Source of the DNA: Podarcis cretensis
Lineage: Eukaryota
Length of the DNA stretch: 64,000 nt
NCBI GenBank assembly: GCA_951804945.1
Contig: OX638156.1
Coordinates: forward strand, 50,716,001 to 50,780,000
Direction: 5' to 3'
In this document: positions 44,801-54,538 of the stretch, piece by piece
Position numbering within the stretch: position 1 is the first letter of the stretch
Layout: each line of letters starts with the position of its first letter
Notes under the pieces: model-generated
Databases searched by the model: none
The model's input: the letters and a program-made list of their open reading frames with translations, nothing else
What the model was told of the DNA's origin: nothing
Translations under genes and position numbers: made by a program

Positions 44801-47800
44801 CTTTGGTCAAACAGCTTAGCAGCCAGGGCAAGGCTGGAGAGAGCCACACAAGCTTAGCAGCCAGGGCAAGGCTGGAGAGAGCCACAGCAGGGAGACCGAG
44901 TGTTTAATATTAGCCTCCTGGAGGCAGAGGGCTTATCCCAGGATTACACTCATCCCCCTCCACCTTTAATCTGCTCCTCTCCTTTTCTGAGGATGGGTGG
45001 CTGAATGCAAACTAGGGAACCTGGATGGGGGAGAGGGAAGAGGGAAGTCCATTTCCTCTGTGCACATTTCAAACTGAGTAGAAAGCAGTGCTGCCTCAGC
45101 AGTTAAAATGAGCTACACAGCTGGCTACCAGATGTGGACCAACTAGCACACTGGTCCAGAAGTTGCTTTCTAACAAGGTCACAAAGTTAAATGTTCCCCT
45201 CTTCACCAAAGCTGAAATGCTCCATGCCAGAGCAAAGACTCCAGAGGCAGGCGACTGATAGTTTCAGGAAATGGTTGCAGGAACAGCTGACCAACTTTTC
45301 AAGCAGCAGCAAAAAATAGCCTGAGAAGGACATCCCATTGTGAAGTGCAATAGCTGAAGAGTGTTATTCCACCCACCCAGAGGGCAGGGGGTGGTGGTGG
45401 GGGGTGGGAAGGAACCTTGGGAATGAAAAGTGCAACCTGATTATTCCGTGCCAGAAGGCAAAATATGTAAATATCACAAGAGATTAAGAGCTGGGAGCTT
45501 AAAGTAGCCTCCAGAGAGTGGCTGTATTTAGGGTCAAGAGGCAAGGAGGGTTTGGAAAAATAACAAGACAAATACTCAAGCATGCTGGAGGGATGGCCAG
45601 AGGACACAGAGTTGGACTTCTGAAATCTAATTAACCCAGGATGTATTTGAGAAAGTTAGTGAAGAGCAAGGCAGTGCTGAGGAAGATGGAAAAGGCCCTG
45701 GAGGAAATTCTGAACAGGATAAAGGTAGATCCAGGGTGCTGTTATTTGGTCTAACCAATGAAGCATTAGTCCCAGCTAGTGCTCTGCCCAACCCAGCCCT
45801 TTGGTTCTATTTGCATAGGATGAAGACCAGATGCTTCTATGGAGCATAAAAGGGAGAAAGGAGCTGGAGGGGTTCTGGCGATAGCTTAGAACAGGGGTCA
45901 GCAACCTTTTTCAGTCATGGGCCAGTCCACCGTCCTTCAGACCATGTGGTGGGCCAGACTATATTTTGAAAAAAATATAAACGAATTCCTACGCCCCACA
46001 AATAACCCAGAGATGCATCTTTAAATAAAAGGACACATTCTACTCATGTAAAAACACGCTGATTCCCGGACCGTCCGTGGGCCAGATTGAGAAGGCAATT
46101 GGGCTGCATCCGGCCCACGGGCCTTAGGTTGCCTAGCCCGGCTTAGAAAAAGCCTCCATTGCTGATGCTGGATGCCAGACACTGGTCTGGGAGCCCTGGA
46201 GGTAATTTCTAAGTAGGGACAATAGCGAAGCCTCCCCAAACCTGGTGTCTTCCAAATAGACTACAACTCCCAGCAGCCCCAGCATCATACGGTTATGATG
46301 GCTGAGGCTAAAGGGAATTGTAGTCCAAAAAAACTGGAGGGCGCCAGGTTGGAGATAGCTGGATGAGCTTTAGCTGAGGAAGCCACTTTTCTTTCCAAGT
46401 CAGTTCTGGGACAAGGACAGAAGCTGAGGGACTGTTTGTTCCAAGCTCCCTCACCCCAAAAAGATAACAGCCCATAACTAACCCTTTGCTCCCAGGAGAA
46501 CGCTAAGCTCAACTCATATCCACTCATCAAGAGAGAAGGGAAAGCTGCATTTGACTCAGCAAAAGCCAAAGCAGCTGTTCAATCTGGCACCAGTAGGGCT
46601 AGGAGAGGAGAGCTGGGACACTGGTGGGTCAGGCTCCAACCTCACAGCACTTTTTGGCACAAGAAGACAAAGCCCCATCTCACAATCTCCTGCAGTCGCA
46701 GCTAGAGCATCCCTCCCACTTCAACCAGGCTTTATCCAACCATGTAAACACTGGTAGGCCAACCAACTTCCTTATTGCAGTCACACCCTTCTTTTCTGAA
46801 ATGGATTCTCAAATTTGGGATTGCCACAAGGTTAGAACTCTTGCCAGGTTTTTAGCTGTCCGGTCCCTCCTACATCCGGAGGTATTTTTAAATAGCTCTC
46901 AGGAGCTTCAAGTGTCACTTAAGGGTGACACAAAGTTCCTGGCCAAAGCAGTATCTATATGCTTCCTTTCTGGGAGGCAAAACCCGCTGAGAATCTCTGC
47001 CCCACAGGCTGAATGTGGCCCTCCATGTCTCTAGGTGGCCCTCAGGATTCTTCCTAGGTCATGCCCCCACACTAGCACTGCTCTGTGCCCTTAAGAGCCT
47101 TTGCCTGGCTGGAATCTGGACCTCAGGCTCCAAAAACTAAGCACTATCAGTGCTGGAAAGCAATGCAGATCCTTTTCATCTGGCTGGATGCTGGTAGAGC
47201 TTGTGGGTTACAACCAGAAAGTAATTATATGTTTGTGGCCTAGGCTATAGCTCAGGCATAGGCAAACTTGGCCCTCCAGATGTTTTGGGACTACAACTCC
47301 CATCATCCCTAGCTAACAGGACCAGTGGTCAGGGATGATGGGAATTGTAGTCTCAGACATCTGGAGGGCTGAGTTTGCCTATGCCTGCTGTAGCTGGTCC
47401 ACTTCCCTCAGCCTATAGGAGCTCTATCTCAGTCTCTTTCAGCCATTTGGCAGCATCAACATAGACAGATTTTGCATGCCATGATTTTGGATAAGGTTTA
47501 AGATTTTCCTTTCTTCCTCCAATTTAATTTTAGCCTAGATGTTGTCAATTCTAATGAGGCTAAAATTAAGCAACAAGGAAAAGTCTCTGCTCGGAGAAGC
47601 CTTCTGAACATTTCCTGCAAAATTCTGCTTTTGCATATTCTCGGGGAAAGGAAACACACAGCATGGGGTATCTCTGGAAGAAACACAGCTTGTTCCAAGC
47701 CTACACACCTTTCAGCTGTGAAAATGGAAATGGCAGAAACACAGAAGTAGGAACACAGAAGCAGCTGAGGCCCAGGACCAGCACCAGCACCATAAATGGA

Positions 47801-50800
47801 TGGTGATGAGGCCCAGGCAGAGCTTTGAACTGGGACCAGAGCTCTAATCTCCTTACAGCCTCATCAGAAGCCATGTTTACTATGGAGCACTGGAGCTGTA
47901 AACCCGAATACAAACCTTGGTTTCAGTTAGTGGTTTCTCTGGAGAGAGCTAAACCACAAGCCCAGGTTCAGATGACACTGAAGTCAAACTGTGGCTCATC
48001 TTTGCACAGCAGCAAAACGACCAGACAGAAACAAAATGATCGTAGGCTCGTCTCTGAAAGCCCATGCTTTGTTCATTTACACTAAGCCATGTTTGAGATA
48101 GTGTTATGTACAAACAGGATCAATGAGGTCCCTTCTATATATTTAAAGCAATATTATACCATTTTAAGCAGTCATAGCTTCCTCCAGAGAATCCTGGAAA
48201 CTGTAGCTTGTTAAGAGCGTTGAGAGTTGGTAGGAGACCCCTATTCGCCTCACAGAGCTACGGTTGTCAAACGTTGCCTGAGAAGAGGGATTGTTAAACC
48301 ACCCTGAGAACCACAAAAACAACAATATAGAACAAGTAGCAAAGCAAAATATCAAGAAATCAGAATTTTAGGCAACCCAGCAGCAATCAGTTTAAACCAT
48401 AAGCCTGGGAGAAAAACTGATGTGTTTTAATCTGGTGCTTAACAATAGATAGCGTAGGGGCAGCTGGATGTATATGGGGAAGGAATTTCACATCTGCTGT
48501 GCCACAACGCAAAAGGCCCTGCTCCTCTAAAGGGACACATGTGGCCTGCTCACCTCCTTCACAAACCTGCAACGTAGGTTAGGCTGAGGTCACCCATGGA
48601 GATTCAGGCATGAGAGGGAATTTAAAACTGGCTTTGCTCAGCCCAGGATGGACACCCAATCCGAGTGACATTTGCTAACCAACCCACACTAGTATACGTA
48701 CTGTATGTTCTGACCTCCATTGTGTGGTCTGAGGCCCCAGCCACAGACCAAACAAAAGGCGCAGATGTACAGGGGCTGGATACAAGAAGTAAAACACACA
48801 CCCTCCCCCACTGCTGAGAACCAAAGCTTGGGAGCAACACTCGCCTCCCACCAGTTTTTCCTTAACGAAGGGCACTTAAAAACACGACTGTTTACACTGG
48901 CACAGAAGGTGGCAGCAGCACTTCCCACTGACTGGCACAGTCAGTCATCTGCAAACCTTCTCCCCCTCCACTTCACATTTCCAAAATACACATTCCAAGT
49001 GACAGAATCACACCCCGGCATAAGCAGGGAGCCTGTGCTGTCATTTCTTCTTAACCACCAAGGCAGCATAATGATTAAAGACACTTTAAAAATATCCCCA
49101 AGTTTTCGTAACTGTATGCACTCAATCGACTTCCCCAAGAGCTCCCCCCGCCCCAGAAAGAACTTATCCTGAGGTTAAATTAACTGTACTATCACATCAA
49201 AAAAGCACATAAATGACAGCCTGTCTACAGGTCCGACAAACCAGGCAGCTAAAATGATTATGGACGGGCATTCTCAACTGATGCTGCTTTCCAAACAAGC
49301 CTCTTTCAGAGTTTGACTATACTGCTTGCCAGCTGGAAGTCCACCATCTCTTCCCTTCAGGTTTTAAAAGCCTAGTTGCCCTGCATTCCTATGAAATCCA
49401 ACCATTACTGCGCACTCACATTTCCTTCACACTGTCTTCCTAGAGTTAGCACACAGGCAAATTAATGGAGCAGATATTGCCAAGTATCACAAAAAAGCCA
49501 CAACACTTGAAGAAATGACCAGCTGCCAATTCAGTAAAAGTGACTTTTTAAATGTTTTCAATTGCTGCTCTGCATTGAAAACTTTCATGTAACTATAGGC
49601 TGACTCTGGTAAACTAGCATAAAAATCCTTTTGACAAATAATTCATGTTTATAGAAAACTTACACCGTTAAAGTTAAAATAATCCAATACAATTTCTTTT
49701 AAAAGTTAAATTAATTCACCATCACCATTTGCTAATTTGCTTTTGTAATTAAGTATCAGACTGGCTCTATTGCTTTTGTTCTATTAAAGTTATGCTTTAG
49801 AAATACTTGATGCATATTCGACTAGTTAACTGCCCAACCTTAATCATTATGAACTGTTAACTTCCATGACGCTGCTGCCTTCCATGCTTCAGTTTCCAGT
49901 GACTGACCTCTTGGGCCACACTAATCCAAAAGTTTTCCAATAGTGTGTCATGTGCTAGTGTCAAGGGCAAAAAAACGAAAGTGGGGACAAGTAGACCAGG
50001 GTTTTGCTATTTTATTTTAGCTCCTAACCAAATAGTCAGACAACCCCCAGGACCACACACAGTGCTCCAGGCTTTGCAAAGCAGCTCCACCCTTACTGGT
50101 TATGACTCCTGCAGAACCAGACCTGCAAACTGTTTCCACGCCTAGGGACCAAGTCTGGGCTCATGAATATAAAAGCGAGTGTCAACGGATCAGTCCAAAC
50201 AAGCCCATCCCACACTGAGAAAACACCTGCTTACACCAAGGGGCTTGCCAACGGAGAGAGTTGGATCATTTTGATGTCGGGACCAAGACAGATGAACCCA
50301 GGGACAATGTTCACGGCAGGGAGTTGAGGCATGGAAAGAAACACTGCCTGGGCAAAGTTACCCGCGAAGGCCAGACTTGGAGAGTAGAGAACACCGTGGA
50401 GCTTGGGTGAGGGAAGAGTGAGTAGTGCAGGAAACGATTCTGGACAAGATCCCAAGGAAGAATAGAAAAACTTTACTCCCAGGAAATCAGCTGTTCCCAT
50501 CCACACCAAGTCTCAGAACCCCCCCCCCTTTTAAAATGCTTGCACCCTGCCCCTTCAAGCAACTTAAAGAGTTCAGAATTGTGCCCATTTTGTGCTCCCA
50601 AGAACCCTGCGAGGTAGGCGCCCAATTTAAGCGAAAGCACAGGTACTTCCCCAAGCGAGCTTCGAGGGCTCACTAACCACCCGCCCCCCGCCTTGTTTAT
50701 TTTGGGTCCCATCCCCGGCCTCGAGGAACAGGAAGCAGCGGGTGGCACCAAAAGCAGCGGCAGCGCCGCCACCCCCTGAGCGCGTGCAGAGCGCATCCCA

Positions 50801-51446
50801 CCAGAATCCCTCGCCTACCTTCCAGGAGGACCTCCCTGCCGGCCCGCTTGAGCGCCTGCACGGCCTGATCGTGGGTGGCGTCGCGGAGGTCGGTGCCGTT
50901 GACGGAGAGAATGGCGTCTCCCAGGCGGAGGGCGCCGCAGCGCTCGGCGGCCAGCCCCGGGAAGATGCGCGAGATGAGGACGGGCATGCGGTTCTCGCGG
51001 CCGCCCTTGATGCTAATGCCCAGCCCGCCTGCCTCTGCCTTCACTACCCGCACCCGGCGCACCCCGCTCGGAGGGGAGCCCGGAGGCGACGAGGAGGAGC
51101 AGGACGCGCCACCGGGCAGCCCCGGCGGAGGGGAGAAGGGCCGGCCGGGAGGCGAGGAAGGCGGGTGGCCGGACGCCGAGGGGGGCATCTCCGGGCTGCC
51201 GCTGCCCGCTGCGCTCCGTCCGCCCGGGCTGCCCGCGGGGCTCCGCGCTCGGGATGCTGCTGCTGCTGCTGCTGCAGCCGCGACGGGGCTCCCCCACTCG
51301 GCGCCGTTGGGCAGCCCGTTGACGGGCTCCGGGTCGGAGCTGAGCACCAGCGCCTCCCCGCTCAGCTCGGCAAGCGCCCGCACCCAGCGCTCGCGCACCA
51401 GCACCTCCACCAGCCCCGCCTTGCAGGCGCGCGTCCACACTGCCAT
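22501..51446 (-). CDS. SNTB2: Beta-2-syntrophin (split PH1, PDZ, PH2, SU domains); complement join of 50819-51446, 34388-34601, 28409-28619, 26089-26231, 25060-25256, 23016-23200, 22501-22593 = 1671 nt, 556 aa
   Basis: [21 protein letters not shown] start; [30 protein letters not shown]; SU domain [28 protein letters not shown]...[26 protein letters not shown]; GT-AG introns, consistent phases. Confidence 0.97.
22681..22754. repeat. AT-rich inverted-repeat cluster
   Basis: 18-bp perfect arms with 4-nt loop (22681-22720) and 9-bp arms with 4-nt loop (22733-22754). Confidence 0.85.
23016..23200 (-). CDS. SNTB2: SNTB2 exon 6
   Basis: [18 protein letters not shown]...DFGGPEGEL. Confidence 0.96.
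25060..25256 (-). CDS. SNTB2: SNTB2 exon 5
   Basis: [11 protein letters not shown]...[34 protein letters not shown]. Confidence 0.96.
26089..26231 (-). CDS. SNTB2: SNTB2 exon 4
   Basis: [47 protein letters not shown] (not in the ORF track; read manually). Confidence 0.96.
26598..26755 (-). mobile_element. Squam3-like SINE
   Basis: agctgccttctgcagagtcagaccc..ggtccatctagctcagtactg...gatggaacctgggac. Confidence 0.65.
28409..28619 (-). CDS. SNTB2: SNTB2 exon 3
   Basis: [27 protein letters not shown]...[12 protein letters not shown]. Confidence 0.96.
28706..28897 (-). mobile_element. Squam3-like SINE
   Basis: ggtccatctatctcagtac...ctggagatgccagggattgaacctgcaaccttctgtatgca. Confidence 0.7.
33289..33417. 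other. Assembly gap (129 N)
   Basis: Run of n characters. Confidence 1.
34388..34601 (-). CDS. SNTB2: SNTB2 exon 2
   Basis: [23 protein letters not shown]...[24 protein letters not shown]. Confidence 0.96.
35570..35945 (-). mobile_element. MIR/L2-tailed SINE split by a MITE insertion
   Basis: ccattttatctcctacaa | MITE | ccctacaacaaccctatgaagcaggttagg...ctaaccactacac. Confidence 0.65.
35666..35801. mobile_element. Palindromic hAT MITE (58-bp arms, 20-nt spacer)
   Basis: AGGCATAGGCAAAC...GTTTGCTTATGCCTG; 8-bp TSD tcctacaa/ccctacaa. Confidence 0.9.
35957..36030 (-). pseudogene. Decayed tRNA-Ile(AAT) copy (pseudogene or tailless SINE head)
   Basis: GCTTAGTTAGTTCAGTTGGTTAGAACATGCTGCTAATAATGCCAAGGTTGCAGGATTGATCTTCATATGGGCCA aligns gap-free over 74 nt with vertebrate tRNA-Ile-AAT; acceptor stem and B box broken, many CpG-type transitions. 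Confidence 0.75.
37270..37410 (-). mobile_element. tRNA-Lys-derived POM-type SINE
   Basis: catagaac..cagaattgtagagttggaagggaccacg...cctgcaatgcagga...cctgaaattaagagtctca. Confidence 0.75.
38254..38495. mobile_element. Tc1/mariner-pogo (Tigger-like) MITE
   Basis: TIRs AGTGGTACCTCG / CGAGGTACCACTG followed by TA; CpG-rich interior suggests a relatively young insertion. Confidence 0.8.
39193..39226. repeat. (CAGG)n microsatellite
   Basis: 8 tandem CAGG units. Confidence 0.95.
40620..40812 (-). mobile_element. Degenerate Squam3-like SINE
   Basis: gtccatctagcccaacactgcctacactgactagcag...ccagggttttt. Confidence 0.5.
41105..41828 (+). mobile_element. L1/Tx1-clade LINE 3' fragment, antisense to SNTB2
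   Basis: [13 protein letters not shown]...[22 protein letters not shown] resembles the ORF2 C-terminal zinc knuckle; AATAAA and A-rich tail at ~41797-41828. Confidence 0.8.
41853..41888. repeat. (ATAG)9 microsatellite
   Basis: Perfect tetranucleotide run. Confidence 0.95.
44813..44886. repeat. Tandem duplication of a 36-bp unit
   Basis: agcttagcagccagggcaaggctggagagagccaca at 44813-44848 and 44851-44886. Confidence 0.95.
45892..46140. mobile_element. Non-autonomous hAT-Charlie DNA transposon (249 bp)
   Basis: Starts CAGGGGTCAGCAACCT, ends AGGTTGCCTAGCCCG; perfect 8-bp TSD gcttagaa (45884-45891, 46141-46148). Confidence 0.85.
47253..47387. mobile_element. Palindromic hAT MITE, same family as 35666-35801, opposite orientation
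   Basis: CAGGCATAGGCAAAC...GTTTGCCTATGCCTG; TSD ctatagct/ctgtagct. Confidence 0.9.
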
Positions 51447-51710
51447 GGCCGGACCGGAGTCGCGCCGGACTCACGCCGGAGCAGCAGCGGCTGGAAGAGC
51501 CGCAACTCCAGCAGTGAGGAGGAGGAGGAGGAGGAGGAGGAGAATGGGCCGCGCGCGTCCGCCGCCCGCCCCCTATAAGGAGGCGGATTGGGAACCCCGG
51601 GAGACCCCGCCTCTCCCCGCCCAAAGGGGCGAGGCCGGGCGGGGTGAGCGCGGCTGCGGCAAAGCGGATTTGGTGGAAGCGGGAGGCGGAGCTCCGCCCC
51701 CCCTCCACAC
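50600..51710 (-). promoter_or_regulatory. SNTB2 CpG island / promoter
   Basis: Dense CpG; GC boxes, CCAAT (ATTGG on +, ~51587) and TATA/CArG-like CCCTATAAGG at 51571-51580; (GAG)9 run in the leader. Confidence 0.8.
50819..51446 (-). CDS. SNTB2: SNTB2 coding exon 1 (PH1-N, linker, PDZ)
   Basis: MAVWTRACK...AGREVLLE, ends GAA G|gtaggc. Confidence 0.96.
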
Positions 51711-52169
51711 ACCATAGAGATAAATAAAAAGTTAGAGTGACGACACCCCTGGTAGGGATAGGGGAATATTGGGGTTCGCATTTAGAGAAGAGACTTTTTT
51801 AAAGTTCAGTTAAAAATTAAGGACGAAATCCAGTAGCTCGGCAAAACAACAGCAGCAGCAAAACCATAATCTTTTAGTTTTAAAACATAAAAAGCCCTAC
51901 CAGTGACATAGTCCTAAAGTAAGTCCTGCTCTTTATTAATAGTGGCACCATGTATTATAAACACCGCATTGTAGGTTGGCGGGTGCATGTATCGGATACG
52001 ACAGCCCCGCAGTGTAGTCTAGAGAAAAGACTGCAGATTAGAGGTGAAGGCGAGTTGAGGTTGGTTCGGATTTTTGCCAGAACTCTCCATTGCTGGGGGA
52101 CTCCTTGATTTGCTGCTCCTGGGCTAAAGTCGTGGTTTTCTACATGGCTCTCACTTCAGGTGGTGGAGA

Positions 52170-52530
52170 CAAACTTCCTAAAAGTTCCGGAAGCGAAGAC
52201 CTGTGTTTCCTTCTACCTCGAAGTCTAAGCCGATTTTTCAGCCACGGAGAAATAGAGGGCGTGGCCCAGACCCAAACTCCAAGGAGAGTGACGTCGGGTG
52301 GCTGCGCCCGCCTGGCGCTTGGCGGGGGGGGGGGCAGTAGGGAGGATGCGGAGGAGTGAGTAGTTCGTCGACGATTGCTCTGGATTTAGTTACTCCGAAT
52401 TAATACGAAGCTAATCCTGGCCATCCTGCGCAGGCGAGGAAAAGATTTGTCTCACCCTCCATTCACTTTCCAATGCTCACTTTCAGGTGCAGTGAGTTTT
52501 TCCGATCCGTTGTTGTCCCGCGCGGAAAGC
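52170..52530. promoter_or_regulatory. Second CpG-rich promoter-like module upstream of SNTB2
   Basis: TTCCGGAAG, GGGCGTGGC, TGACGTC and TGCGCAGGCG motifs plus plus-strand GTGAGT donor-like sites. Confidence 0.45.
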
Positions 52531-54296
52531 TGCCGCTCAGCGTCAGTGCATCAGCTTTGCATGCAGAAGGCTCCAGGTTCAGTCCCTGGAAAAGCCTTCT
52601 GCCCAGGTACTAGTTTTCTGCACAGGTACTAGCCAACATAGTTGGGCATTCCAAATGCGTTTGGACTACAAATCCCATCAGTCCCAAACAAAAGTCAGGA
52701 ATGATGGGAGCTGCAGTCCAATTACGTGTGGTGGGCACCACTTTGGTTACTCCTGGACTGTAGATAATGCTGGGAGATCGTCTTACCTCATATATGCCCT
52801 CTAAATTGCTTTTACCTTCAAAACTGGCTCTGTTACCAGTGCCTCATAATATCTGTTCTGCATCTGTAATAAATCAGTCTTTAGCGTGGCTGCACCTACA
52901 CTTTGAAACTCCCTGCCTATTGACACCAGGCAGGCACCTTCACTATACTTTTTTGGGCCCCTGCTAAAAACATGTTTGTTTAGACAAGCCCACCCAGATG
53001 ATGAGAAGCTGGTGTGTTTTTAGTTTATTGCTGGTTTTAATTTTTTTGAATTTTTTAATTGCTTTTACTAATAATCTTACTGTTTTATTCTTTCTGTAAA
53101 CCTCACTGAGGTTTTCTACAATCAAGTGGTATATAAATTAAATGAAATAAAATAAATGCTGCACACTGCAGCTCATCATTTTAGGGGAGCAGCGAGTAAA
53201 AAAAGGAATAAAGATACAGTACTAAAAAGTTGAAGTTCTTTCGTTTTTAAAAAATAATGAGACTAACAGGAGGACTTGAGAGCAATTTCTTCAGAGAAGT
53301 TAAATTGCAAAAGAAAGATAACCCTCAAAGAAAGGCTTCTGGCAACATTACCATGAAGAGGGAGTCAAAGGGTTAAGTCAGCAGCCTTTTTTCACTCAAG
53401 GGCAAAGGCAGCAGATCCCTTCAGCCACCCAGCTCCTAACAAGGTGCCTGCCATGTCCTCTCACATGCCACTAACAGCACATCCATTTGCAGATGTGTAA
53501 TTCAACTGTCAACTTTACATTGCTATAGCTGCATTTAAGAAGTGCTAGATCACCAAGTAGGCAGATTAAGCCATGTTTAAAGCACCAGCAAAGCAGGGGC
53601 AACCCCTCCAAAATGAGTTTGTTTTAATGACATTTGATATTTCAAAAAAGCATTGAAGTAGAAATCACGGGGGAAATCAGAACTTTGTTAGGCTTCCTTA
53701 CCCTCCACTGCATGCTCCTCTCCCATTTTTCTGTTCTCTCTTTACTACTTATCTCCAGGGGTGAATGGGGTGTTAGGAGAGGGGTAATACCTCTGGTGGG
53801 GGACACGTCATGCTCCTTCTGGGGTAGTTTGCCCACTTTTGGTCCCCACCTTGCACTCAGCTCTCACCTGTGGCTCCTAGAAGCTGTCAACATGTGACAG
53901 TGGCCACACCATGGGAAACAGCTTCAACTGGCCAGCTAAACCAGGTGAGGGTAGCCAATGGGTCTCAAACCCTCAGTGAATTAGGCTCTTCCCCTGTGTG
54001 CAAAAGTAGGCTCTGGTGGACTGAGCAGATGAGACCAATTGTAGACACAGTGGTCAAGAAGGCAGTTTCTGCATGGGCTGTAGAGGGGAGGGGCAGATGG
54101 GGCTCATCAGCTTGGGCTCATCAAGAGGGGAAATCCAGTGCCCAATGCCCACCCACTGATCAAGGGTCCAAGCAACAGGACTGGCCACTAACTATGAAAA
54201 GAATGGCCTGGAATCACAAAGAGGCTGTCTGAATTAAACAACTGGATGGAGCCTGCTGTGGTGGGAGCTATTCCAGGTTAGAGACGACTACATGTG

Positions 54297-54538
54297 ACCT
54301 GGTGTAGTGGTTAAGAGTGGTAGACTCGTAATCTGGGGAACCGGGTTCGCGTCTCCGCTCCTCCACATGCAGCTGCTGGGTGACCTTGGGCCAGTCACAC
54401 TTCTCTGAAGTCTCTCAGCCCCACTCACCTCACAGAATGTTTGTTGTGAGGGAGGAAGGGAAAGGAGAATGTTAGCCGCTTTGAGACTCCTTCAGGTTGT
54501 GATAAAGCGGGATATCAAATCCAAACTCCTCTTCTTCT
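54297..54538 (+). mobile_element. Squam2-like tRNA-derived SINE with L2-type tail
   Basis: tggtgtagtggttaagag (A box), ccgggttcgcgtctcc (B box), gggtgaccttgggccagtcac core, aaagcgggatatcaaatccaaactc..(CTT)n end. Confidence 0.8.

Noticed and set aside
50742-51781. Long overlapping and antisense ORFs (278, 280, 231, 139 aa) over SNTB2 exon 1
   Set aside because: Expected by-product of very GC-rich DNA with few stop codons; low-complexity translations with no recognisable domains.
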